Source of the DNA: the human T2T-CHM13v2.0 reference genome, Homo sapiens
Assembly: GCF_009914755.1 (NCBI RefSeq)
Contig: NC_060935.1
Strand: one strand, 5' to 3'
Length of the DNA: 64,000 nt
Positions 1-14,578 of this stretch are shown piece by piece (position 1 is the stretch's first letter; each line of letters begins with the position of its first letter). The position numbers and the translations under genes were made by a program. Below the pieces are notes generated by a model. That model searched no databases and had not been told where the DNA came from. It worked only from the letters and a program-made list of their open reading frames with translations.

Positions 1-838
<838 letters not shown>

Positions 839-1111
839 AATATTTGTTTTTAATTTCTCTACATTGTATTGTGCTGTAATATAATCTTTTGAGCTTATTT
901 TTTTCACTTACTACTAAAGCTTATTCAACTAATTTTTCCTCCTATTCATTCAATGTCAGCTGAGCCCATGCACCTTCTGAGAAGCATTGTTTACACTTTT
1001 GCATTTCACATTTACAACACCATAAGGCAGGTACTACTATCATTCCAAGTTTATAGATTAAAAAACAAATAGGTTGAGGTACTTGCCTAGCACCACATTA
1101 AAAAAGCAGCC

Positions 1112-1410
1112 AGGCCAGGCACAGCATTCTGGGAGGCTGAGGCAGGAGGATTGCTTGAGGCCACAAGTTTGAGACTAGCCTGGCCAACATAGTGAGATCT
1201 TATCTCTATAAAAAATTTTAAAAAATTATCTGGGTGTGGTGACTTGTGCCTGTAGTCCCAGCTGTTTGGAAGGATCAGGTGGAAAGATCACTTGAGCCCA
1301 GGAGTTTGAGGTTGTCATGAGCCATGATCGTACCACTACACTCCAGCCTAGGTGACAGAGGGAGGCCCTGTCTCAAAAAAAAACAAAACAAACAAACAAA
1401 CAAAAAAAAG
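1112..1410 (+). mobile_element. AluJ-like element with (AAAC)n tail
   Basis: Alu dimer; TSD AAAAAAGCAGC. Confidence 0.9.
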
Positions 1411-2830
1411 CAGCTTACCTGCAGTTAGACCCGGGTTTGTTTCCAAAGCCCTTATTTCCCTACTGTAAGACTCAGGGTTAATGCTTGCATATGGGTGGGC
1501 TCCCTCCCCATGCCAAAGGAAGGGTGGCCAAAGATAACCCCCAAACTGGTAATCATCATCACCATCATCATGACTAACATACGGGAGACTCACACACCAG
1601 GTCCTGTTCCAAGCATTTTACGAGGTGTAGTTCATTTAATCTTGTCCACAACTATCATATGAGGGAAACAGGATTATCCCTATCTTACAGACAAGTAAAC
1701 TGAGGCACCGAGATATGAAGTAATTTGTCCAAGAAGAAGTGGAGCCAAGATTTGAATGCAGGCAGTCCAGCTTCATACCCACACCGTCAATCACAAGGCC
1801 CTACTGCTTCTCAGTTTACTGAGGAGGACAACCACCTGAGTGCAAGTGAGTGGATTCGGATGAGTGCTGGCTAAGAGGAGGCCTGTGCTGGGCTTGCACC
1901 TGGGTGGAAACTGCAGCACTTCCGGAACCTGGCTTATTTGTTGAGGAAGGCCCCGATTCTGCGCCTGTCTGGGGAGAAGAGTTGCATGCAGGGGCTGTGT
2001 AGGGAAGGAGGCAGGGGTTGAGGAGGAGGAACAGCAGACCACAACACAGACAGCCTTAGGACGGGCACAGCTGACTGGCTGCTGGTCTCAGCCTAGGGAA
2101 ATAACAAGGTTCTCAAAGCCAGGACTGGAAAGGCCAAAGGGCCGTACCTTGAGGAAAGATGGCACAAGCAGCTTTCTCAAAAAATTCTGACACTGTACTT
2201 ATAATGCAGGATTCTTATTTGACCCAATAGCCTAATGCTTTTGATTAAAACTTTCAGCATGGAAAACGTGGGCTTTGAAGTCTGACAGTACTAATCTCAA
2301 ACGCTGGCTCTGCTACTTGTGTGTATGGGTGACCTCGAGCAAGTCATTTCAACTATCTCAAGGCCTCAGTTTCCTCATTTGTAAAATGAGGATAAATAAT
2401 GTGACCTACAGCTCACAGGCTGTAGTGAGGATTCCACAAGATACTGCATGCAAATCACTAGTGTCCTGCTCACCTCATAGTAGGCATTCGGCAAATAACA
2501 ACCTATATTTTTATCACCACCGACTCATCACATTTGGTTGGAAAAATTAAACGAGATAGCATCCAATAAACATTGGTTATCTTTCTAACACCTCTCCCCA
2601 CCTCCCCCTACTCAAATCACCCTAACCATGATCTCCATCTTACCACCCACAGAGAAGACCCTCAAAGACTGGCCTTTCCCAAACTGTACATCCTCAAGAG
2701 GGTCCTTTGCCCCATACATACTGTGAGAGGAGCGCAGAATAAAATCCACCCCCAGTGATGTAGATGGAATTCACAAACCTGCCCGTTTATCTAGAATCGC
2801 CGCAAGAGTTGCTTTAAAAATACAGATGTC

Positions 2831-3135
2831 GGCCAGGCACAGTGGCTCACACCTGTAATTCCAGCACTTTGGGAGGCCAAGGAGGGTGGATCACCTGAGA
2901 TCAGGAGTTCAAGACCAGCCTGGCCAACATGGTGAAACCCTGTCTCCATGAAAAGTACAGAAATTAGCTGGGTGTGGTGGCGCATGCCTGTAATCCCAGC
3001 TACTTAGGAGGCTGAGGGAGGAGAATTGCTTGAACTCAGGAGATGGAGGTTGCAATGAGCTGAGACTGCACCACTGCACTCCAGTCTGGGTGACAGAGTG
3101 AGACCACTTCTCAAAAAAGAAAAGAAAAAAAAAAT
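2831..3135 (+). mobile_element. AluS
   Basis: Full dimer; TSD AAAAATACAGATGT. Confidence 0.93.
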
Positions 3136-3146
3136 ACAGATGTTCT

Positions 3147-3452
3147 GGTCGGGAATGGCGGCTCACACCTGTAATCCTGGCACTTTGGGAGGTCGAGGTG
3201 GGTAGATCACTTGAGGTTAAGAGTTTGAGACCAGCCTGGCCAACATGGTGAAACCCCATCTCTACTAAAAGTACAAAAAAAAAAAAAATTAGCCGGGCGT
3301 GGTGGGGTGCACCTGCAGTCCCAGCTACTTGGGAGGCTGAGGTGGCAGAATCACTTGAACCGGGGCAAGGCTTGCAGTGAGCTGAGATCACACCACTATA
3401 CTCCAGCCTGGATGACAGAGGGAGACTTCCTCTCAAAACAAAACAAAAAAAC
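3147..3452 (+). mobile_element. AluS, tandem with the preceding element
   Basis: Full dimer followed by ACAGATGTCT. Confidence 0.92.
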
Positions 3453-3552
3453 AGATGTCTTAGCCCCACTTTTACAGGTTTTCACTTAATAGATTCAGGG
3501 TGGGTTCCAGAATACTAATGTTATTTTCAAAACTTATTTATTACTATTACTT

Positions 3553-3970
3553 TTATATAGAGACAGGGTCTCATCAGCCTTGGAGGAAAAAAGCAGAACC
3601 TAAGCCTAGGAATATCAACAGTAGCAACAGTGGCAGTGATGGTAGCAAGAGCACTCCCTAAAGCCCCTTCCATCGTCTTGAAATCAGCAACAGTATCTAC
3701 CTCTGCAGGATACTGTGTGGCTCAAAGGAGAAAATGCAGGTAAAACATTGTAACACATCTAAGTTCTTACTGTGTGCCAAGCCTTATGTTAACTGTTTTA
3801 TATACATTTTGCTATTTTGTTTAGTCACATCATCCCTGGGAGGTATTTTTTAAAACACCATTTCTCGTCATCTTGACCAGGCTGGTCTCCAACGCCTGGC
3901 CACAAGTGATCCTCCCACCTAGGCCTCCCAAAGTGCTAGGATTACAGGTGTGAGAACCTGCACCCAGTCT
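3553..3970 (-). mobile_element. Alu left monomer (FLAM-like), interrupted at 3573-3863
   Basis: AGAGACAGGGTCTC | GTCATCTTGACCAGGCTGGTCTC...GGATTACAGG is contiguous once the insert is removed. Confidence 0.85.
3573..3863 (+). repeat. Derived copy of 5655-5948 (about 96% identical)
   Basis: Direct alignment by eye: about 10 substitutions, one 1-nt and one 4-nt indel. Confidence 0.95.
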
Positions 3971-5654
3971 AGAACATCAATTTTTAAAGTGCTTCAAGAT
4001 GTTTCTGCAACCAGCCAGCTCCGGCAATGAGTGACTTAAGGGAAAGGGGAAGAAGTGTGTGGGCTCATGCTAGAGGTCACCACACCCCACTCCACACCAC
4101 ATCCTTCTGAGGCCTGAGGGGCTGTGGGGACAATGAAGGCGACCACAGCACAGATAACAAACAAAGCAACTATTTGGCAAGAAGAGTCTGAGTTACCCAT
4201 TAACTATGAGTGATCTGTCAGTGCCAGAGAAGCCTCACAAAAGACGATGGTGTGGTCGCCTGGGAGGGCCCTCAGTGAGGACCCAGTTACACCAATGGCA
4301 ACACAATCATGCAATATCCTGGCCTTGTGTCCTTCCTGTTTTCTCTTTGAGATTGGTGCTTCCCTGAGTAGAATCATCCCTGGAAAGCAGGGATATCATC
4401 ATTTCTCGGTGCCATTTGGATTCCCCCAGTTTAAACTCCTCTCTTGTAACAATGGTGATGAAAATTACTGGATTCCCTACATATGATTCCAAGTTATTTG
4501 GATTTCATCACTAGTGGCAGATTTAGCACATTCTGGATGTTGGCAAACGAGTGGCAATTGCATAAATACATGAGCACTTCACACCACAAATTAATCCTAT
4601 AGAAATAATCCAGCTCTGATTACACTGTTTGACTGGGTGGTGCTTGTTAGCTTGTTATACAGCTGGAACCAGCAGGAAGGAGGCAGGCTGGTCACCATGT
4701 GGGGTACCAGAATGACAACTGCACAGTCATGCTTTATGATAACTGCACAGTATGCTTCTTAGCCCCACCATCCTCCAAACAAACAAACAAACAAACAAAA
4801 ACAAAAAAAGAAAAAAGGACAGGAAGGAAGGGAAGGGAAGAAGGAAGAATAAAAGACCACACAGAGTCCATAATATGCAAGTTTAACTTAGACACTCACT
4901 TTACACACTAAACCCCTTCTGGGTCGCTTTTTCTGACTAGACAGATAAGACATTCTCAAGGAGAAAATGCGAACAATACGTGAAAAAATAGTGCACCAAA
5001 TGCCATTGCTGGGAAGCAACAATAATGAAGATGGCAACAGTAGCTCATACCTGGTGGCTGCTACCTGCCATGTGCTGGGCTAAATGCTTTACTTAGCATC
5101 ATCCCATTTAATTCGCACAACCAGCCTGCCAGGTAGTTTTAGTATAATCGCCATTTCGCAGATGAGAAGATTGAGGTATTGCAAAGTTAAATAATTAGCT
5201 ATATGATCTAGCCAAGTGACTGGGGGAGTCAAGGTGCGAACCAACCCAGGACCCAGGTGTGACCAAATATCTTTTCAGAAGGATCCTTTCTACAGCTCAA
5301 GAGAGGACTCTTTTGGTCCTACTCTTCTCAGAGATACTCCTCCCAAAGCCACCCTCAGCTAAGATCTCAGTGAAGCCTCTGTTAGACTCAGCCAAAGGAC
5401 CACAGGTCATGTGAAGCACTAAAAACTTTAACCTCAAGTTCCAAGGAGCCCCAGATCCTGGCAGTAGCTGTCCAGGTGGCGGCTCTCCAGGTAGATACCA
5501 ATAGGCCAGCTTTAGGCAAACACCTCTGAAAGAGCTCACCTCCCATGGTGGAAGAAACAGTCCCTGAATGAAAGCTCAGAAGACCTCCTAGTTCAAACAA
5601 ACAAACATCCTCTGATTTATGACAAGAAGCCAGTCAACAAGCTCAGTAGGAAAG

Positions 5655-5948
5655 ATGAGCCTTAGAGGAAAAAGCAGAACCCAAGCCTAGGAATATCAAC
5701 AGTAGGAACAGTGGCAGTGATGGTAGCAATAGCACTCCCTAAAGCCCCTTCCATCATCTTGAAATCAGCAACAGTATCTACCTCTGCGGGATACTGTGTG
5801 GCTCAAAGAAGAAAATGCAGGTAAAACATTGTAACACATCTAAGTTCTTACTGTGTGCCAAGCCTTATGCTAACTGTTTTATATACATTTTGTTATTTTG
5901 TTTAAATAGTCACATCATCCCTGGGAGGTATTTTTTAAAACACCATTT
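5655..5948 (+). repeat. Source copy of the local duplication; right part overlaps a MIR that continues to about 6060
   Basis: MIR core (CCATTTTG..GAGGAAAC..AAGTGACTTGCC) continues uninterrupted only in this copy. Confidence 0.9.
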
Positions 5949-6204
5949 TGCTGAGGAGGAAACAACTTGAGAGGGGCTAAGTGACTTGCCTGAGGCCACG
6001 CAGCTTGGAAATGATAAAACCCGACCTTGTGTCAAGGGTCCAGAGGTTAGAGCCACAAGAACCAATGGCCTTAATCTCCATTTCCATGAATCTTCTTGTT
6101 TCTGCAAACAGAGGGCTTCTGAGAAGCTGGGGAATGGTTGAAATTTTTAGACCTGTGAAAACCCAGAAAGCTGGCCCCAAGCGACCCACCACTGACCCAC
6201 TCTA

Positions 6205-6415
6205 ATGGCTGTATTGTTGCACAGAACTGTCTGCGATGATGGAAATGTTCTATATCTGCATTGTCCAATATGGTAGCCACTAGCCACATATGACGAGGGA
6301 GCACAAGAAATGTGACTTGCATGACTGAGGAAATGGTTTTTTTTAACCTTATCGAATTTGAATACATTTAAATATACACCTGTGGCAAGTGGCTGCCGTA
6401 TTGAACAGAGCAGCT
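6205..6415. mobile_element. MER3-like hAT-Charlie DNA transposon relic
   Basis: GATGATGGAAATGTTCTATATCTGC..TGTCCAATATGGTAGCCACTAGCCACAT signature. Confidence 0.75.
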
Positions 6416-7627
6416 CTGTGGCTCCTCTCACTCACAGCTTGTCAGGTCTCCTGGGCACCACAAGATGGAAGTTCTACAAAAACTCATGAGTTCCCAGGCC
6501 AGGCCTCAGTGTGAACGGAAAAATAAAACAAATTTTTCTTACTCCCAAGCAAATGCCATTGCTCTGATCTTGGAACGTTTTCAGCTGGAAGAGAGAAATG
6601 GCCATTTCCAAAACAAATGACCTCTCCCCATTTTCCTCCCTTTAAGGAAAAAGATTAAACGTGTAAAGGGTCCCCCATTAAATTACTTAGGAAAGGTTGC
6701 CACATTTTCTGGTGACAAATGCCTTTGGCTTATGATGACACAAGGACTCAAACACGGTAGAAAGAAAAAGCCAGAAGGGTAAACAAGAAGAGGTCCCACA
6801 CTCTCCAAGGTATCATAAATCAAGGAAATAGACTCAAGGAGCTAACAGCTTCCAAACATTCTTCCTCTTGAGCTATTTTAAGCAACCAATACACACAACC
6901 TTTCAGAGGCAATTTCATTCACACTAACAGAAGAGAAACAATGTGCTTCATACGGTATTATCTTTAAACACGCAGAGAAACAAATACCTACCCCACAGTT
7001 CTCAGGCGCAGCTGGCTGGCCACCCTACTGGGCAATGTTACTATTTTCAGGCCCCCAGTGGCTCAGTTGTTGAGATGCAGTGAGGGATGCTTTGGCCTTG
7101 CTTCAGTTCCTCTTGTCCTCTTGGGCCAACCCATTCATTTCTTTGCTCAGGAAATCACTGCATGTGCTTCGTCCCCACCCAGGCCACTCCTGAGGACAGG
7201 AGGCCACAGGGCAAATGAGGACTTCAGAGCTCAAAGAGCCCGGCTGTGTCATTGACTAGCTATGTCACCTGAACTTCTCTGAGCTTGTTTTTCAGCAGCA
7301 AAATGGGAGTAAGAGTATATATGATGGTAAGAATCACATGATATAATACATGTGAAGCACATGGGCCGGGGTCTGGTGCTTCGTAAAAGTTTGACCCACG
7401 GTAGGTCTGTGCTGGGTATCAGAGTTGAGAATTCAGTCTCTTGGCTTCTCTGGCTGGGGAGGGAACACACATGGTTGAAGAGTAGAGAATCAGGGGTAAG
7501 ACTGCCTGGACCACCACTTATTACCTGCATGACCGTGAGCAAGCTACCAAACCTCTCTGTGACTTTGTTTCTTCATCTTAAAGATGGGAATCACAGTATT
7601 CACTTCATTTACCAGTGGGGCAAATAA

Positions 7628-7888
<261 letters not shown>

Positions 7889-8181
7889 TAGATCTAGCCA
7901 TGCCCTTTCCATGTAAACCTAACAGTTCAAGCTTCTCTTGAGTGTTCTTTGGTGATCCCTCTAGATGAGTTAGCCAAAGCTGCTGTGGCTGTGAAATGAA
8001 GGAAAGTCACCATCCTAGGTGGGGCGAAAAGACATACTCCAGAACAAGGATGCTTTTACCACTAATAATAGTTAATGTCTGCATCCTCACTACATACCAG
8101 GCTCTCCCAGGAATGCTACCCACATGGTCTGGGCCCCATGCCAGACCATTTATTTCAGAATATCTGGAGGTAGGGCCTTAA

Positions 8182-8612
<431 letters not shown>

Positions 8613-9237
8613 TAACAGAAGAGGAAAACTGAGGGCAGAGACCTCAGCTATCTAGCTGGCAATCAGACAGTGACAACTCCTTCAGACCCCATCTCTTAGC
8701 CAGGCTTTGCACCCTGCCCCTCCTGAGCAGCCGAGGTCAAAGCATCCAACAGGCGGTTGGATACTCCCAAACCATTCGGACACCACTCCAGGCCCCATGC
8801 CTTCTCAAGCCACCTAAGAGCGTTCTTTTTCCGGCCAAATTTCAGACCCACACTTGACCTCCAGGAATCCAAAGCTGCCTGAAAAATGGAGTCTTGCTTT
8901 CCCAGAATTGAAGGACACAGACGCAAAGTCACAATGATCCACAGAACAATTGGACTAATTAAACAGCCCCCATTTTAATGACAGGAAACAACAGAGTTGA
9001 TGATCTTTATTAAAGGCTGCTGGCTGCCTACAAAGAAGCTGGAAAGCAAAATTCAGGGGCTTTTATGGCCATCAGCCAAAGATCGTAAGACTGAAAATTA
9101 AATCTCTATTGTCTGAGTCTCTATGCAGCCCTGCTATACTGAGCCCACCCTCTGGAAGGGCAAAGAAGGGCAATATTTCAATCCATCATATGACTAATGA
9201 AGTTCAAGGTGGCCTGTCTCCCAGCCAACTTCCTATT

Positions 9238-9533
9238 TGTTTTTCGGAGACAGGGTCTCACTCTGTTGCCCAGGCTGGAGTGCATGCAGTGGTGTGATAC
9301 CGGCTTACTGCAACCTCTGCCTCCTGGGCTCAAGCAATCCTCTCACCTCAGCCTCCCAAGTAGCTGGGGCCACAGATGTGCACCATTATACCTGGCTAGT
9401 TTTTGTATTTTTTTGTAGAAACGGGGTTTCACCGTGTTGCCCGGTCTGATCTCGAACTCCTGGACTCAAGCCATCCACCTGCCTCAGCCTCCTAAGGTGC
9501 TAGGATTACAGGTGTGAGTCACTGTGCCCGGCC
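9238..9533 (-). mobile_element. AluJ
   Basis: Full dimer with J-type GGGCTCAAGCAATCCTC. Confidence 0.9.
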
Positions 9534-9619
9534 CAACCTATTTGATATCTGTATGTGATTTGAGACAGACAACTAAAACCGCACTAGGATCTTTGGTGCA
9601 GTCCTGCTTCTTCCATACA

Positions 9620-10212
9620 CAGCTTTCCCCACTTCAGTCAATGGCCACTCCCTCCTTCCAGGGCTCAGACCATAGCAACTTGGTGTCATCCTTGATTCCT
9701 CTCTCATACCTCACACATCCAAGCTGTTGGCAAGTGCCAGTGGCTGGTCCCGCTGCGTCCACACTTGATACTAAAGTCAATTTCCAACACAATAGAGAGA
9801 GTGACCTTGTGGAAATACAAATCAGATCAAGTCACTCTGTGCTTGAGTCCCTCCAATGCTTTTCAGCTTACTCAGAACTAAAAGCCAATGAATTATTACC
9901 CAATGGCCTACCCCACTAACCACCCCACCATTTCCTCTCCAACCACATCTCCTGCTACACTCGCCCCAGCCGCACGGAAGGAGCTTCTCCTTGGTGGCTC
10001 CTTGAACCCACCAGGAATGCTTGCTATTCCCTCTGCCTAGAGCTGTCTTCTCCAGCCAGGCTGGCCTCAGGTGATTCCCCTCACTCTGCCTCATTATCCA
10101 CAGGGCCTGCACCCTGCCCTCCTTCAGGCCCCTTTTATTCATTTGTTGCATCACCAGCTCCTGGAACAGTGCCCAGCACACAGTCCTCAATAAATATTTG
10201 TTGGGTGAACAA
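9620..10212 (+). mobile_element. L2 relic
   Basis: Ends in the L2 3' signature CTCAATAAATATTTGTTG. Confidence 0.65.
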
Positions 10213-11864
10213 ACGGATGTAACCCAAACAGAACTCCTGGCCTCTCCCCTACACAGTCCTCAGACTCCCCACCCCCGCCATCATCATTTGTCTCCTCAAA
10301 GACCAGTGTGGTAGAAAACACTACTTAGAATACTTTACAAGCACCCACTGGACAGGTGGGGGACATTGCGATGCCTTCTCAGAGGCAGCCCTACCCCTGA
10401 GGCCTTCTCACCTGCTACTGAATTGGGTCCCAGCATAGTCCTGGCCTGCCCAGCTGGTACTCAAGTGGATTAAGTCCAGAAGAACAGCTGCAAGCAACTT
10501 GCTTCCAAATTGTGTCCCCATGTACAACTTTAATTACCCGGCTGCTGAGATGGGCTGAAGAAGAAACAACCAGGTCCCTGGCTTTCACAAAAGCAACTCT
10601 TTTTTTGCCATATGTTCTGCCTCTCCAGAAGATTTCATCAATTTTCAACTTGGGATTTGACGGGTAGATGGGCCGGTTGGGGAAGAGAAACAGGCAAGCC
10701 ACCCCATTTCCCCAGCCTCTCATACTGACCTGCCCAAGCCCTATTCAAGCTATGTGACTGTGAAGTACATCAGGGTTCAGAGCCTGTATACCTCGGAGCA
10801 TGGAGCTCCATGTCTCGGCCTTCAGCATTCCTGGCAGCCTGTCATCCTCAGTTACTCTCATTTTCCCTCCTCTTTGAAACACCGGCCCTGCCAATGGCAA
10901 CAAACAGCATTTAAAAATATCCTGCTGGATTATACAGCTCTGCCTTTGAAATTCCTCACAATGCCTGTCTCTGTCCCACATCGTATAAAGAAGGGTGTAG
11001 CATATTTAATTTTTTTTTTCTAGCTGCTCCCCTGCTATAAATATCCAAGTCTGGGTAGGCGGGCTTCAAGCACATGCTATATGAAGTCACCTCGGAGCTG
11101 GATCTCACCACAGTGCCGGCCTGCCAGGACCTGGATGCAGCTGTCAAGCACTGAAGCATGAGGTCGGCCAAAAGCATGTAGCACTCATCTTTCTGGGGAA
11201 AGGGGCACAGGAAAACCCTGAGTACAGTAATCACAATTAATCTTAATATTAAAAAGACAGTGTCCAGCCCTATTACCAAGCCAGGTCTTCAAAGAGCTCG
11301 TCCAGCACCATCCTGGGTGTTTCTTTCCCAAGGATACTAATTACAGCGCTCGACCTTAGGAAAATGACTGCACAGTGTCCATGTGGGGTCTAGAAACACT
11401 ATCAGAGACAGAAAAGCCCTTGGGGAATCTAGTCTGACCTCTCCACACCACAGATAAGGAAACAGAGATCCAAGAGATGGAATGATTCATGCCAGGTCAC
11501 AGACGGGGCAAGCTCCACCCCAGAATTTTCTGGATCCAAATCCTCATAGCTCTGTACTGGATTGTTCCGGATGCTTGTGCACGTACACCCACTTGGTGTG
11601 TGAGCCTCAGGCTTGTGTTTATTAATAGCTCTCCTCACAGCAAATACTAATTTTCATATTTTAAAATGTACAGACTAAAAAAAGTTGTAAAGGTTTCAAT
11701 AAAAGCTTGGCCTCAACTGTAGGGAGGGTTTTCGTGCACTGAGAGGCCCATTTCAACCTCTTTGAGGTCCAGTTTAATGTCTCCTCAACTCTAACCTTGT
11801 ATGTCCAGGCTTCCAAGTTTAGTTTTCTTGTTTAATTTTTCCATCATGGGCCTGACTCTCCTCA

Positions 11865-12221
<357 letters not shown>

Positions 12222-14413
12222 TCACTAACTACAAATGACTGTGTATGTATTTTTGCAATATGTTCATGAAGTTTATCTTTGTCAAGTGACAAGAAAATTC
12301 CTTCCCTTCATAACACTGGAGTCCGGAAAAAGACCGACACCTGAGTTATTAGCTAAGCCATTGATGACCTATCACATTTTATTATTATCAGCAGAATTCA
12401 GCTGCACCTTAGGGACTCCAATTCAGAAGACAATTAGCTATAAGGTGGTTCCACAATATTAAGCATTTAATATGCTTGAAATCTTTATTATCAATGCTCT
12501 GGAAACACATTAACTAAGAATTAAAATGTCAGCATCTCTGAGAATTGAGCTTTTATTGTCCAAAATAATAAACCCTAAACTGGAAGTCGAATATCGTATA
12601 CATCAGTCGGACTTAACACCGAAAAAAAAAAGTTCTGGGACCATCTTCTCTCACCCTGTTTTATGCTCCACGATTAAGAATCCTGCTTTGGCAAGAGTCG
12701 ATCCAATGGCCTCGTTTAACACATTTGCCAGTCTTGACCTTCATTCTGTACTGGGATTGCTTTGGCCTGTAATGCTACATTCAGGGCCACGGAAGAAATG
12801 CAAAGTCAGAGCCAAATTCAACAAGAAAAGAAGGGTTGATAGAAGCCTTGTTCTTCAACCCCTCACAACCCAAGTTTGCTCAGTTAAGGTCTTCTTTTAA
12901 TGCTTTTACTGCTAGGACAGCAGACGGGTGCATTTTTGAGGTCAAGCTTTCAATCACCAAGAGGAGTAATTGGAGGTCTGGGGCCATGGTTAAGATGAGC
13001 TAGGGAGAAGACACACTCAATTTCTGAATTATGAAAATAAGTTTTGGAAAACTCTCATCCTGTACTCTGGCAGGCTTCTTAACATCTGGATAAAAGATGT
13101 GGGAAAGCTTTCCTTTTTCCTGTGTTATCTCCACTGTTCCTGCTTGTCATGTATCTGAACCTTCCACCCAAACAGGAGAACTTGCTGTTCTCCAACACAT
13201 ATGCGTTGGCTTCCAGGTCTTTGCTCACACTGTTCCCTCTGCCTGGAAGCCTCTGGGGGCTCTGCATCCCCTCCCATCTCCGCAGTCGCAGCTCTACCTG
13301 CCCAAATCACTGGCACACCTGCCACATCCTCCACAAAGAAACCCTGACTTCCTTCCACCCAGACAGCCAGGAGTCATCTCTTCCCTTTAAGCTTTCTAAT
13401 CACCAGAAGCTTTAAGGTCCCCAACTATGGGATGGAAGTTATATCTACCTTCCAGAGGAGCTGGGAGGATTAAATGAAACAGCTCCTGAAAAGCACCCGC
13501 AATGGGGAACCAGCAATGAAGACTAGACAGTGGAGTCTATCGCCATTGCTCCCCTCTTTGTTTGAAGGTGGTCACTATAAACTTCTTTGTAACTATCTGT
13601 ATATATGCTTTGCTTTCCCTACTAGATTCTAAACACTTCTAAACTCAAAACAGTCAAGATTCTTGTCCCTTGCTAATCTGTCTCCATTGCCTTGGATGTA
13701 GCTGGCACTCAGTGAGCAGTTGATTAATGATGCCGGCATGGCATTCCTCAGGAGTACTTGGGCTGTGTTCCTTATGTATCTCCTCCCAATCCTGCATGCA
13801 GCTCCAAGCACACAACCAAAGCTGCAAAAGCACTTAGGCCTTTTTTAAAACAAGCAGGAAGACCACAAAGTGTGTTTACATGACAGGCCAGCAAAACACA
13901 AAACACCTGCTATGATCTGTGGCTGAGGATTTGGCGGCTGCCACAAGCAGGGTCCAATATCCACAGGAGAATTGCTCTCTGGGGGCCTGGAGCTTTGAAT
14001 GTGCACTCTTGCTGTCATCCTGGCAGAGATGGGCTTGAGCTCAGAGGGTGAGATCTAATCTCTCTGCCCACTGCCAGACCACTTGTTGTTGGGGGTAATC
14101 GAGCCATAACTGAGCAAGGTGCAAGGGTGCTTTTCCAGATTCCATAACTTCCTCCTACCTCCACAAACAAACTGTTAGCCACCAAGGAAAGCCTTGCGAG
14201 TAATACCCATCTCCCTGAGATTTGGGTCGTGACCCTCCTTGCACCAGAGACTTTGGCAAAAATGAACACAATCAGTGGATCCAACACAAGTTTGTTAAAA
14301 ACAATTAGAATATCTTATGTGTCAGGCATAACACAAAGTCCCTCACAGGGACTCTTATGAAATTCTCACAACCATCCTATGAGTTGGGTACTATTTTCAG
14401 TCCTATCTTATAG

Positions 14414-14578
14414 AGCTGTGTTTCACAGCCAAGGGTGAATTTGCTCCCCAGGGAACATCTGGAAAAGTCTGGAGACATTTTTGATGGTCTCAACTGGTGG
14501 TGGCTATGAAGCATCCTACAATGCCCAAGACAACCTCATGACAAAACATTAACCAGTCCAAAATGTCAATGGTGCCCT
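14414..14578. mobile_element. MER20-like relic nested in a MIR
   Basis: GTCTGGAGACATTTTTG..CATCCTACAATGC..CCAAAATGTCAAT; MIR halves on either side. Confidence 0.7.

Noticed and set aside
2791-3469. Alu-derived ORFs here and elsewhere (e.g. 35134-35493, 37352-37915, 49366-49656)
   Set aside because: Typical Alu translations ([15 protein letters not shown]), not genes.
12526-12900. 124-aa ORF in non-repeat intronic DNA
   Set aside because: No recognisable homology or exon structure; length is within chance expectation.
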